Part shown: positions 12,256 through 25,500 of the stretch, piece after piece
How positions within the stretch are numbered: position 1 is the stretch's first letter
Layout of the letters: every line of letters starts with the position of its first letter
Assembly (NCBI GenBank): GCA_052327205.1
Contig: CM126211.1
Location: 29,016,001 to 29,080,000 of the forward strand
From: Somniosus microcephalus
Taxonomy: Eukaryota
Reading direction: 5' to 3'
DNA: 64,000 nt
Translations under genes and position numbers: made by a program
The notes under the pieces: model-generated
Told to the model about the DNA's origin: nothing
What the model saw: the letters and a program-made list of their open reading frames with translations, nothing else
Database searches by the model: none

Positions 12256-14668
12256 TGCTCAGTGAGGAGAATTTCCTTGACCAGTATGTTCTTGGCCCAA
12301 CTAGGAAGGAGGCATTGCTGGATCTGGTGCTGGGGAACGAGGTGGACCAGGTCGACCAAGTGTCTGTGGGAGAACACTTGGGTACGAGTGATCATCGTAT
12401 AAGATTTAGATTAGCAATGGAGAGGAGCAAGGAACAATCGAGAGTTGAACTTCTAAACTAGAATAGGGCTAACTTCAATGGGATGCAAAAGGATCTAGCC
12501 GGGGTAAAATGGAACCAAAGACTGACAGGAAAAACTGCAACTGAACAATGGGTGATCTTTAAGGAGGAGATGTTCCAAGTACAGGCTAGGTACATTCCAA
12601 GAAGAGGGAAGGGTAAGGGAATCAAAGCAAGGGCTCCTTGGATGACAAGGGAGATAGAGAAGATGAAACAAAAAAAGAGGGTGTATGATGAATGTCAGGT
12701 GAATTCTTCAAGGGAGAACCAGACCAAATACAATAAGTTGAGAGGGGAAGTGAAGATGAAAATAAGATTGCAAAGAGAGAATATGAGTGTAGAATGGCCA
12801 ACAGTAAGTGGGTAGTAAGAGGCGGGATGGGGCCTATTAGGGACAAAGGTGATATATGCTTAGAGGCACAGGGCAAGGCTAGAATACTCCGAGTACTTTG
12901 TATCGGTGTTTACTAAGGAGGTGGATGCTGACAAAATATCAGTAGAAGTGGAAAAGGTAGAAGCAATGGAAGGGGTGAAAATTGATAAGACAGGATGTAC
13001 TAGAAAGGTTGTGTATGCTTGGAGTGGATAAGTTGCCTGGTCCAGATGGCTTGCATCCCAGGTTGCTAAGGGAATTGGGGGAGGAGATAGCGGAAGGATT
13101 TGCCATAATTTTCCAATCTTTCCTAGATGTGGGGGAGGTGCCTGAGGATTGGAAAGTGGCAAATGTGACACCATTGTTTAAGAAAGCGTGCAAGGCCAAT
13201 CCTAGTAACTACAGGCCAGTCAGTTTAACATCAGTGGTGGGTAAAGTTTTAGAAACAATAATCAAAGAAAAAATTAACGGACACTTGGAAGATGATAAGC
13301 TAATTAAGGAGAGCCAACGCGAATTTGTAAAAGGCAGATCGTGTTTGACTAATCTAATTGAATTTTTTGATGAAGTAACAGGGAGGATTGATGAAGGGAA
13401 TGCAATGGATGTTGTCTACATGGATTTTAGGTAGGTGTTTGACAAAGTACCACATAGAAGACTGGTTAACAAAATTGAGGCTTGCGGAATAGGTGGTTCA
13501 GTGGCAGCTTGGATAAGGAATTGGCTTAAGGACAGAAAACAGCAAATTGTGGTAAACGGCTGTTTTTCAGACTGGAAGATGGTAGACAGTGATGTTCCCC
13601 AAGGGTCAGTGCTGGGGCCACTGCTTTTTTTGATAAATAAATGACCTGGATATTGGAATACAGAGTAGAATTTCTAAATCTGTCGATGACACCAAACTTG
13701 GGGGTGTGGCAGTGAGGATGATACTAATCGACTGAAACAGGACATAGAAAGGCAAGCAGAGTGGGCAGATGGAATTTAATACAAGTGTGAGGTGATGCAT
13801 TTTGGCAGAAGGAACTGGGAGAGGCAATATACACTTAATGGCACAGTTTTAAAGAGTGTGCAGGGACAGAGGGACCTGGGAGTTAATGTGCAACGGTCCC
13901 TGAAGGTGGCAGGACACATTGAGAGAGTGGTTAGCAAAGCATAGAAACATAAAAGATAGGAGCAGGAGTAGGCCATTCGGCCCCTCGAGCCTGCTCCGCC
14001 ATTCAATGCGATCATGGCTGATCATCCAAATTCAGTACCCGGTCCCTGCTTTCTCCCCATACCCCTTGATCCCTTTAGCCTTAAGATGGGATCTTGGGCT
14101 TCATAAATATTGAGCACAAAAGTAGAGAAGTTATGCTGAACCTTTATAAAGCGCTGGTTAGGCCACAACTGGAGTATTGCGTCCAGTTCTGGTTACCACA
14201 CTTAGGAAGGATGTGAAGGCCCTTGAGAATGTGCAGAGGAGATTTACCAGAATGGTTCCAGGGATGGGGAAAGCTACAAGGACAGGTTGGAGAAGCTGGA
14301 TTTGTTTTCATCAGAGCAAAAGGAGGTTGAGGGGTGATTTGATGGAGGTGTACAAGATTGTGATGAGGTTTGGATAGGCTAGATGGGGAAAGGCTGTTTC
14401 CACTAGTGATGGTACAAGGACTAGGGGACACAGATTTAAGGTTTGGGGCAAGAGATACAGGGGGGTGTGAGGAAAAACTATTTTACGCAGCAAGTGGTGA
14501 GGACCTGGGGCTCAATGTTTTCAAGGGGAAACTGGATCAGCACTTCAGGGAAATAAACCTGCAGGGCTACAGGGTTAGAGCGGGGGAATGGGACTGACTG
14601 GATTGCTCTACAGAGAGCCGGCACCGACTTGATGGGCTGAATGGCCTCCTTCTGTGCCGTTATGACTA
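12256..14668 (+). mobile_element. CR1 LINE, long 5'-truncated decayed copy with nested inverted CR1 tail (13941-14083)
   Basis: PTRKEALLDLVL, PGPDGLHPRLLREL, NYRPVSLTSVVGK, VPQGSVLGPLLF, RPQLEY and CR1-type 3' UTR; many stops and frameshifts. Confidence 0.92.
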
Positions 14669-14744
14669 TGAGGTCAGCAGTTAGGGATAGGATGTTTAAC
14701 TTGTCACTGTTTAGCTGTTTAAACAGTTGCACAGTGGGGGCACG

Positions 14745-15190
14745 AAAAGAAAGACATGTTTATATAGCGTCTTTCACAACCACAGGACATCCCAAAGCAC
14801 TTTACAGCCTTTTTGAAGTATTGTCACTGTTATAATGTAGGAAACGCGGCTGCCAATTTGCACACAAGCTCCCACAAAGAGCAATGTGATAATGACCAGA
14901 TAATTTGGTTTTATGTTGATTGACGGATAAATATTGGCCAGGACACCGGGGATAACGCCCCTGCTCGTCTTCGAAATAGTGCCATGGGATCTTTTACATC
15001 TACCTGAAAGAGCAGACGAGTTTTAACGTCTCATTTGAAAGACTGCACCTCCGACAGTGCAGCACTCCCTCAGCACTGCACTGGGGTGTTAGCCTAGATT
15101 TTTGTGCTCAAGTCTCTGGAGTGGGACCTGAATCCACAACCTTCTGACTCCGAGGTGAGGGTGCTGCCAACTGAGTCACGGTTGACACTT
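14745..15190 (-). mobile_element. tRNA-headed Deu-domain SINE (SacSINE1/AmnSINE1-related)
   Basis: A/B box head, core GAGGTGC...ATGAGACGTTAAA...GTAAAAGATCCCATGGCACTATT, L2-type tail GCTATATAAA. Confidence 0.8.
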
Positions 15191-15459
15191 AATGGCGCCA
15201 AACAGGAGCCAGATCAAAAATGGGGGAAAAATTGAATGAATTTCACATCTAAAATATAATGCTGTTGATTTTATATTAGAATTTAAAATGATGATTCGCT
15301 GGCAACTTAAGAAGTCCAAATTTCTGTCACCTTATTTGTGTGAGCAAATATATGAATTTCCACCCTGAAACACTCATTAGCCAAGTTCAAACCAGATGAA
15401 CATGCTCAATAGTATGTACATAAATCACAAATCATACAACGGTCATAAACCCAACAAAC

Positions 15460-15579
15460 CTGTTTTCTTTTGGGTGTTTCTGTAGAATCTGATGCAACAG
15501 TACCTAATGATTTTTGCACTGCTTTTAGGGCAGCAGGATTGTAGACAGTTTTTGTAAGGCCTGTTGTAGTTGATAACAC
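15460..15579 (-). CDS. RBM26: RBM26 exon 15 (VLSTTTGLTKTVYNPAALKAVQK...PKRKQ)
   Basis: ctgcag|GTG TTA TCA ... AAA CAG|gtttgt; 120 nt. Confidence 0.93.
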
Positions 15580-15942
15580 CTGCAGCAGAGTTTCATTTTC
15601 CATCGTAAAAGGAAATTAGATGAAGATAAAAGAAAAACATTTTTACAAGAACAGCAATTTATTATAGCCAAGATCATATAGAATGTCTTACACCAAGACA
15701 AATAACTTGCGTTAACTATTAAGACAGTATTTGATATTTGTAACTAGTGTTTCCATAAGTTGGTAAAAATGCTAATGCACATAAAGTTTGTTCTTGGATG
15801 CACAAAGAACAAGAATTAACTAACTGTGGGAATGCTGTCAAGAGTAGAATGGGACCTAATCCTGAAAAGTATTTGCTTTTAACACAATGTTCAAAGACTG
15901 AAAACAGCAGTGGTTCCAATACTACCATCAACTAAACTCTAC

Positions 15943-16017
15943 CTTTTCAGTTGGAACAGGTTCTGTGCGTTTAGTTGCAAAGCCTAGTCGATCTTTAACT
16001 GACAGCTTACTTGCATT
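15943..16017 (-). CDS. RBM26: RBM26 exon 14 (NASKLSVKDRLGFATKRTEPVPTEK), probable cassette exon
   Basis: ccctcag|AAT GCA ... GAA AAG|gtagag; 75 nt, phase 0-0; matches human NVTKLSVKDRLGF. Confidence 0.88.
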
Positions 16018-17689
16018 CTGAGGGATAAAGAAAACACATTACAAACGATCTTTCTCATTCTTCAATAGAAGTTTAACCTCCATTTAGTCTGATTTCCTCA
16101 TGCATTAGGGCAATCACCCAGGGACATTTCCCCTTTAGGAAATCTACTACCTCTTGGGTTCCCATGAGGGCTCATCAAATTGGGTCACTAAGATGAACTG
16201 TACAATACGGTTGGACAGGACTGGGCTCAGCTATGATTTCCCCCCTCCTCCCCCGATAATGAATTTTAGCCATTTGGGTAAGGTGCTGGAGGATGCCCAG
16301 CATTTATGGAACTGTACCCCAAGAAGGGAAGAGAGGGGAGAAAAATTGCCAGAGGAAATCGACAAGAAAAAAACCCACTCCCATTCGATCCTCTCTTTGT
16401 TGTAGTATGTAAAACTTCACTCATTCACTTTCAAGTTTCGTCCAAGAGAAAGGAGCACAAGAACTGTAAGACAAAGACATAACGACTGAAAGAATTACTG
16501 TGAAGAAAGGAAAAAAACAGGAAGGGGAATCTGCAGAGGCTGAACAATGAGAAGGCATGCAACCATTGTTTATTCAACCTCCATGTACTTTGGTGGATTT
16601 CCAAAGACTTGAAGTATTCAATAGGTGAGCTTGGAAAAGCACGGTCAAATCTTCTGTTATCATAGGCTGGCAACGCAAGACACTAAATCTAGTGAAAGCA
16701 TATGTAATGTTCCAACCTTACAAATGCCACAGATAGAAATCCCTTCAAATTAGCCAAAGAGGTGGCACAACAGGAATAGAATGATCTTCAAGATCCACCA
16801 AGGATTAAAGGTCATGTTCCACCAGGAAATAAGGATCGCTGCTACTCACATTGCTAACCGCTTAGTAATAGATTCACCTTAGGCTTTGTTGCCGAATGAC
16901 AAGAACTGCCTAAATTAATCTTTTCGCACTGTCCAGTTAAAATTTTAGCAGCACGTACAACCAAAAAATGATCTTCAAAAGGAAACACGAGAAGGTTGAC
17001 AGAACTTGTGCACCATATTCTCAACATTAAAAGAAATAGGAATGTTGAGCCCTGTGGATTGTCCTTCCCACATGCTATCTATCACAAATGGCAAATCTTG
17101 CAAAGTCATGGTGCAATCTTTCCCATCCTCTTTCAAATCTTGGCACTGGGGCATGAAATAGCCATTACACAGATCTGGAGTAAACTCTCAGAACTCAATT
17201 CATACAGATAGGATACGATCATAAGCATGCCATACGACAGTGAATTAAAGTGGATGTTGTGGCATAAGTGAACAAAATACTCCCACAGTCTTGTGATCCT
17301 CCAGATGCCAACAACAACTACCAGTGGCTGCTCGAAAGTTTAACTTTTCAACATCCACACATTCAGTGGCGAGCTCTGGCAGCTGCTGGGAGAAGTCTGA
17401 CCGCTTTAGTCTGGAGATGTTCTCACAAGTGATCTTGATGAGCTGACATCCAAAGCCAGAAGCTCCAAGAATCAAGTCTCCCCTGCACAGAGGCACATGG
17501 AGACCATCATCACCTCCTTGCAATTCTCTGAAGGATGGTATTCAGGGAAATTGAAGAATGTGTACAAGAATCCACACTCTATAAATCTGCCCAGGACCAC
17601 AAGGGGCTACAATGGCAGGAGTCACAGAAAGTCTTACAATTAGGACCATGAAAATCAGCCAGTTATGAAGCCCAAAATGATTTTTTAAA

Positions 17690-17720
<31 letters not shown>

Positions 17721-17841
17721 CGTTTATGGGAATCGCTGGCAAGGCCAGCATTTATTGCCCATCCCTAATATTATGTAGAATAATTATGCACAACTAAGCC
17801 TACAACTTTGATTCCAACTGGAGCTTGGCACACAATGCATA

Positions 17842-17982
17842 CATCACATCGTCAGGGAGATACCATTCTCTCTCCCATCACATCGTCAGGGAGATAACAT
17901 TCTCTCTCCCATCACATCGTCAGGGAGATAACATTCTCTCTCCCATCACATCTTCAGGGAGATAACATTCTCTCTCCCATCA
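17842..17982. repeat. Minisatellite, 4 x 34 bp
   Basis: Unit CATCACATCGTCAGGGAGATAACATTCTCTCTCC, two substitutions across four copies. Confidence 0.95.
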
Positions 17983-18905
17983 GAAACTAAACTCCTACAA
18001 ATGACCAGCTGTGTTTAACAGTTGAGATTTCTCTAAAATAATTAAAAGTCCCTCAACGTGAGAACAGTTCTATGATCTACCCCTTCTCCTCCACTTCCTT
18101 CAAAAATGACTGCATGTCAACCACACATGGAATTTCTCATGCCCAGAAAATTCTCAAAAACGATGCCATTTCATGAAGACCCAAGTGCTGAATTGAGACT
18201 AAATAGTATTATCCTGAATTGGTAATGAACTCCACCAATTATTACCTAACATGGGCGGATAACTAATACACAGAACACATCCTTCAAATTCACTACAGCT
18301 GGCTAGTCTCCAGACAGCACTGCTCGAATAATCGGTAGAAGAGTTACTATCATTTATTTCTTCACGAAAACATTTAGACCCACATTAACTAGTGAGTAAA
18401 AGATTCTCAGAGCAACTTGTAGCGCAAGGTCAAAAAGTTTCCAGCATCAGATTAAACTGGATTTTTGGCAACAAAAAAACCCAAAAAAAAAGACAGCCAA
18501 CTCGAGAGTCTGGAGAAGCTTGTGGGGGCAGGGGAGAAACATTAACATATGAATGTTAAAGAGTAATATAGTCAAAGTTACGCTGCAGTTTTAGAGTGAA
18601 TAGTTAGTGGGGGGAAACATTTTCAACGGAGACAACAGCAGAGAGCTCCTCCTGATAAGAGGAAAGAAACAAATGCAAGTCTCAGCAGGTTATACTTCTA
18701 CTCAGTGAAGAGATCATCTAACATTAAAATGAGGGAATTTGAGAAGGCAATTGCTCTGTAGAGAAATACGTGTAGTATCACATGGTCTGTGGAGGCCGAA
18801 TGAATAGTAGGGTCTGTACCAGAACTGGTAAATTGCAACAGAAATAATACTTTTGTTATGAATTAAAATATTTATCATTGTTAAACAAACCTTTACTGTA
18901 CATAC

Positions 18906-19046
18906 CTGAATGCTGGCTATGGGAATGACCTGAGTTTGTGTGGGTTCCAAATTTCCTTGTGGTAGAGGCCCCAGTCTGTCCTTCACAGATTGTTTGACAA
19001 CTGTGAAAGAGGGTTGCTTAACTGGCTGTTGCAGTCCACAAACCAC
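18906..19046 (-). CDS. RBM26: RBM26 exon 13 (VVCGLQQPVKQPSFTVVKQSVKDRLGPLP...IASIQ)
   Basis: ttttttctaag|GTG GTT ... ATT CAG|gtatgt; 141 nt; exact acceptor less certain (an in-frame CAG lies 21 nt further in). Confidence 0.82.
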
Positions 19047-20299
19047 CTTAGAAAAAAGACAAGTGGAAAAAAATAATAACAGCCTAGAAAATAAAGATAA
19101 TGTTACTCACTTGAACTCCCAAGACATACTTCAAATTCGGTTGTAAGTATGCCTTAATGATCGCTCTACATTATAACAATTGCTCTACATTAGACAAACA
19201 GCTGACATTTAATCACCGGCAAAGGGTTACATTTCGCACTTTGAATGTTGCCATGTCTATTTATGAACCTTACGTCAGATCACCAGATCTATATCCAATA
19301 TCATCAGCTATACAGCTGGAATACGGTGAATTGGGAGAAACAGCAATTTTGCCCTTTGCTGTTGGTGATTTTTTGTCAATGCAAGGGATGTCGACACCGT
19401 GGTATAGAATACTTTCCTCGTTTCAGGCACCCACTGTCTATCTCGAGCACTCCTGGGTTAGGTATAGCATATACAAGAGAGTTCATTCCACTCTTCCCAG
19501 ACAAAATACTTCAACCGCAAATTCAGTAGTCCACCCCTAATATCTTCTATGTTTCTATAGGGATCAAGGGATATGGGGAGAAAGCAGGGACAGGGTACTG
19601 AGTTTGGATGATCAGCCATGATCTCATTGAATGGCGGAGCAGGCTCGAGGGGCCGAATGGCCTACTCCTGCTCCTATCTTCTATGTTCTATGTTTCCGCA
19701 GCGCCTCTCACATGATACATTATCCAAACTCTGACTGAGGGAAACAGATTTGTGCTGTGGCCCAATGTTTATATTTCATCCATGCCAGTCTGTGCTGTTT
19801 TCAAACTTGCTCTCAATATTACATTTCAAAATGGTTCCTTGTTTAAAAAATTATGTGGGCTCTTGACAGCTCAGCAATTAAGTGAGGCATTTAGACCAAG
19901 ACCATCACAGATTTTATCCTCAATTCAGTTAACAGATCTCAAATCGATCGGATGGTAGAGGCACTGTCCTATTTCACCCCTGCGACTAGAATGGGACAGA
20001 AAGGGTGGGGGGAAATGTGGTCATGTTTCTTTACCCTGACCACAATCCCTGCTTGAAGTGCATGTAGGGGCATCAGGTGAAAACAGCATTAGGCTCCCCC
20101 ATGATAAAATAGCCTCACTTACTGCTGAGGCTTACTTGGACCAGGTACTGAAGGATGACTGACACCCAATGAACCATGCCCCAGCAAGGAGCCGATAGCT
20201 TAAGCGGAGAAAAAATATATATACTGTTTTAAAGAAAGTTACACATGCGCAGCATGAGATTTTAACCAATTAAAGATTTCAGTAGATGAAAACAGTGAA

Positions 20300-21425
20300 A
20301 TCAAAAGTTGGTAGGCAAATCAGTAACTGAACTATAGGAGGCTTCAAAGAAGAGATGGTTCAGGTGCAGAGCAGACACATCCCTATGAGGAGGAAAGGAA
20401 GGGTATCCAAAGCTAGAGCTCCCTGGATGACTAAAGATATAGAGGTTAAAACACAACAGAAAAAGGCTTATGACAATTGCAAGGTTCATAATGCAGTAGA
20501 GAACCAAGCTGAATATCAAAAGTACAGAGGCGATCTAAAAAAGGGAATAAGAGGGGCAGAGAGTACAAGAATAGATTAGCAGCTGAAAGGGAAGTGTTAT
20601 TTGATGAAGTAATGGAGGGGGTTGATGGGGGGTAATGCGGTTGATTTTGTGCAAATGAACTTTCAAAATGCGTCTTGACGAAATACCACAATAGATTTGT
20701 TAGCAAAATTAAAACCCATGGGATTAAAGGGACAGTGACAGCATGGATACAAAATTGGCTAAGGTATAGAAAGCAGAGTGTAGTGAACGGTTGTTTTCAG
20801 ACTGGAAGTAAATATACAGCGGTGTTCCCTAGGGGTTGGTATCAGGACCACTGCTTTTTTTGATATATTTTAATAAGCTGGACTTGGCTGTACAGGCCAC
20901 AATTTCAAAGTTTGCAGATGATACAAAACTCAAATGTAGTAAACAATGAAAAGGATAATAACAGACTTCACGAGGACATAGACAGACTGGTAAAATGGGC
21001 AGACATGTGGCTGATTAAATTTAACGCAGAGAAGTGTGCAGTGATACATTTTGGTAGGAAGAATGAAGAGCAATGTTCCTTTTAAGCTGCGCAGCCAGCT
21101 CACCGGCTTCTAAATGGGAAACACTGCCTATGCGTGGTATTTTTAATGGGCCGCTCACCCAAAAAATTAATTAAAGGGAACATTGATGGCGAGGCGCAAT
21201 ATGAACAAAACAGTACAATTTTAAAGGGGGTACAGGAACAGAGCCCTGAGGATGTATATATATAAATCTTTGAAGGTGGCAGGACAAGATGAGGAGGTTG
21301 TTTTAAAAAAACATATGGAATCCTTGGCTTCATTAATAAGAGACAGTAAAACACTGGTTAGGCCTCAGTTGGAGTACTGTGTTCAATTCTAGGCACCACA
21401 CTTTAAGAAGGATGTCAAGGCCCAG
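20300..21425 (+). mobile_element. Decayed CR1 fragments
   Basis: KARAPWMTKDI, GIKGTVTAWIQNWL, KFADDTKL-coding and RPQLEY-coding segments. Confidence 0.8.
21071..21185. mobile_element. hAT-type MITE nested in CR1
   Basis: TIRs CAATGTTCCTTTTAA / TTAAAGGGAACATTG; imperfect 8-bp TSD ATGAAGAG / ATGGCGAG. Confidence 0.7.
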
Positions 21426-22338
21426 AAAATTCGCACCAAGGGACATTAGAGACAAGAGGGAGTTTCATTCTGCAACTGAATGTACTGTGCCTGACCGCAA
21501 GAGTACTTGATGCCCATAATGAAATATCAAAATGGTAACATTTAACATTCTCTACCACCAACATCTTTGCCTTGAACACATAAAAGTAAAGTTGATCATT
21601 TGGAAGTGGGCGGAGTCTTAGTCCGAGAAAGGAAACGTTGGGTGGCGTTATATTAGCTTCAGACCATGTGAACAACGTTGGTATTTTGTGCAAGGGGAAA
21701 TAACCAACTATCATCTTCCTGGGCTATATTTCTAGCAGCCCTGCTATCATGATTTTATCACATTGTGAAAGTATGAAGCCTTAAGGACCACATGCAAAGT
21801 TTAAATGCATGTGGTCATTACTTTGCAGATCTTAAGCTACAGATACTAGCCGATCCTGATGTTTTAAGTTAGGATTAGAAACAGCACTTTGCAAACCACA
21901 AACAGGACAAACCAGCAGATAAATACAAGCACAATAGGGCGGAGTTGCTTGGGCTTGAAGGCCATAGGTTTGACGACTCGGATCTATAATGCTGAACATA
22001 TGCAACATTGTCTCATCCTTCCAAGGCTTGTCGATTGCTTCCTGTAGAACCACAGGAGGCGGCCATTTGGCTAATCATGCGTGCCGTCTTTACTATAGCA
22101 ATCCAAAACTATATTATCCTGCATGTTATTCTGCTTCAAATGTTATATCAGGAAAAATAATGAAGCAAGACAATATAGTATATGTGGTAGCACTGCATGT
22201 GATCCACTAGGTACACTACAGACATTTCATCTATAAAATTAGAACAATTATTGGCATTCTAATATTAAAACCTAAAAATTATATTGCCTCACTTGCTACA
22301 ACTAAACTAAACTGTGCACAGAAAAATGTAGTTACTAC

Positions 22339-22503
22339 CTTTTGATTTGCAGTTGTCTTTTGCTGAGAATTGCTTTCCCGATGCCAGTATACCTTGATGA
22401 ATCGATTATTGAGCACGGCTTCTGTACTCGAGATTGCTCTCTTTGCTTCTTCATGCACGGCAAACTGAATAAGGGCACCCTCTAGATCACCTTGATAAGC
22501 AAC
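22339..22503 (-). CDS. RBM26: RBM26 exon 12, RRM1 second half (VAYQGDLEGALIQF...LNNRFIKVYWHRE...NQK)
   Basis: ttccaag|GTT GCT TAT ... CAA AAG|gtagta; 165 nt; an alternative donor lies 3 nt downstream. Confidence 0.92.
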
Positions 22504-25500
22504 CTTGGAAAAAGTCAATCAATACATTTAAAATGAATTTTAGCCTCCTCATAAATCACAATACAGATCAAAAAAGTCACACGGTTTTCCCAGCACTCAA
22601 CATCAGTAGATGCTTGCATAATCTAAGCACTCAAGCAGGCAACTAGACTACCTGGGCCACATCAAGCGATAGGGATTTCTTTCCCTCTTCTTGCTAGAAC
22701 TCCACATGTCCTCCTCCACCGTGCTGCCCTCCTAATGGTGAAGTCCCTTCCCTCTCCACCCTTGTTTTCCTAGCACTGCTCCATTCTGCAGTGACGAAAT
22801 CAAGAATCACAACTAGTAGGCAAGGACTGTCTCTGCTTCCCCCCTGCTTCAAAATCAGTCTACAAGAGAAAGGAAGGGAAAAGAGAAAAGGAGAACGGAA
22901 AAGTTTTCAAAATATAATTGACATATTAAACCAAAGTCATCTTTGCCAGTTCAACTGGATGTTTAAAGATCGCACTATTCAAAGAGCAAGGAGTTCAGAG
23001 ACTGGCGTTCTACAGTCCTTGCCAACATTCTTACCATCAAACACTACCAAAAACAGATTCATTGATCATTCATCTCATTAATGCTTGTGGGATCCTGCTG
23101 TGTTGTGCCTACAAATCAACAATCCTTGGATTTCAAAATAATTCTAGTATTGTGCAGGATATGATCGTGCAAGTCTTCGCCTTTCAAGATGCACATAATT
23201 ATACTGCTTCCACCATCAAAACCTGGACAGAAACATTACTATCTCATTAGCACTCATTTTGAAACGGGCTTTAAATTACTGTTGACGATAATAGCAAACA
23301 AAAGGTTCCTCTGTCTGCTATTTTAACAAAGGTTTTCATCAGTTTTAAAAAAAGTTAATACCTTATTAAAATAACAGGCAAATGAATGTCAAATACATTA
23401 AGCATTGGTTGGAATAATTTATAACCTAATTTGCTGACTAGCACATGCTGTATTACATTTTGCCACATGGTGGAGACTACCTTCAGTGACAACTATAGTA
23501 CAAGATTATAGTGGCACCTGCTGGCAGCAAGGAACTACTCATTTCAGCTGAAATAGTTCAGACAACACACGGGACTAGAAACGTTCTGGAAAAAAAGTTT
23601 ACAAAGTTGCAAGAAAATTATGCCAAGTTAACAAACGAAAGCTAGACATTCAAGATTTGTTTCAAAATTCAGAAGTAACAAATGTGAGAAATACTATATG
23701 AAATATTTTGGACTTCTTTAGAAGATACTTGAAATGTTGCATGGTTTTTCTCTCTCCCTCTGCATGGCTCTGTACAAATTATCTTGAATCAACTGTAATT
23801 TTAATCGAATAAAACAGCAACTTTCAAAGTTTGCATTCCTGACTGCAGATAGTTATTTCCATGCAAACTGACCACACATTATGCCCTTAACCAACAGTAG
23901 CACCTGGAATGAGAAATATTGCAATGTAAAATGCATTCTTATCAAAAACAACTGCAAGAGAAACATGAAACATTATCAACATTCAGTGAAGGGAAAAAAA
24001 AACATTTACCACAGAGTGATTTTAAGATTCCTTATGTATTCAAAAAAGCAGAATGAATGTGACTCTGAAAACAAGACCAGAAGGTCACAACCCAAGCAAG
24101 CTCCATTTTCCATTTTACCCATCGTTTCAACATTAAAATACTATTCTTTGGGAAATGATTTATTCTACCTCTAATGCCAGGATTCACTTGGAGTCCACAT
24201 TCTAGTCTGTGGACAAAGTTTGTTGAATAAATTCAGATGCGCCTGTTATTAGTCATTAAGATTATATGCTTTGAAACCTACTGTAAAATCTGGGGCGTGA
24301 CCCAGACCCATATAGAAGTATGACACAAAGATGTGACTGGAGTAAAGTGTACATCTCTTTTTTTTTTAAATTACAACTTTATGATGACCTTTCTGTTTAA
24401 ACAGAAAGGTCAAATCAAGCTTAACTTAAAGTGAGTGACGAGTAATCAACAGCTAGACTGGGTTGTCAGAAGAGGTAGTTAAGCCAAGGCACTAGACTCA
24501 TTTAAAAACCAACTTGGGCTGTAATGGAAAGACATTGGATTGGTATACTGAAAGCAGGAGTTGTAATGTCCCCAAGTGCCTTCTTTATCTAAACCCATCG
24601 GAGTTTCTCAATGCAAAGTGCATTTTAATCACAAGGTTAATAATCATTTAACATTGACGTCATAGGCAAATGAGAAGCTAATTCCACAAAGTATGCAATA
24701 AACATCAAGAATGTTTGTAGAAACACTCGGTTTTACAGGTATTTTTCATAAACTGAGACATCATGGCAGCTCCCCCCCAACTGCTGTCACCAGGGTCAGG
24801 TGATTCATTGTTAGCAGTATGAACCATGGACAATGTACTACCCATTTTTATAAAGGGAGACAGCTAATCCAAGTAATTACAGGCTAGTTAGCTTAGCATC
24901 TATCGTAGGGAAGATTTTAAGAATCTTTAAGTATAAATTACAATGGATCCAGATAAAAAGAAAATTTAGAGGTAGCCAGCACAAATTTAAAAATGGACAA
25001 TCGTGCTCGACAAACCTCAGAATTCTTTGATGATGGTTGGTGAAATTGCAGTGGATATAGTGTACATGGACCTTAGGAAAGCCTTTGACGAGGTACCGCG
25101 TGGGAGATTACCAGAGAAGATGAATGGATACGGAACGGGGGGGAAGAGATTGGCAAACTGGATTAAAAATTGGTTAGAAGGGAGAAAACGGAGAGAAGGT
25201 ATGAGAAGCTTTTCATAGCGGTTGAAAGTGGGTAGTTGTGTCCCCAATGGTTCAGTTCAGGTTCGGTTTGCAGGTTCAAGGGAAACCACAATTGCAAATA
25301 CATTTTTTTTTTTTTTTAATAAGAAATGCCCAAGGATTAACGGTTCAGTTTGGGATTGGTCACAATGTTAGGTGCTGAGTTAGCCAATCTAAGCAGGTCA
25401 GCAGCTGAGATACTTCATTTGGACTTGGCATCCCCCAAGCCCAAGAAGGGAACAATTAACCAGTGTTTCCACTCCAGATTACTATCCAGCAGCCTCTGCT

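Noticed and set aside
17842-17982. CRISPR-like array of ~34-bp palindromic repeats
   Set aside because: Units are directly adjacent with no unique spacers, there are no cas genes, and the context is a vertebrate intron.
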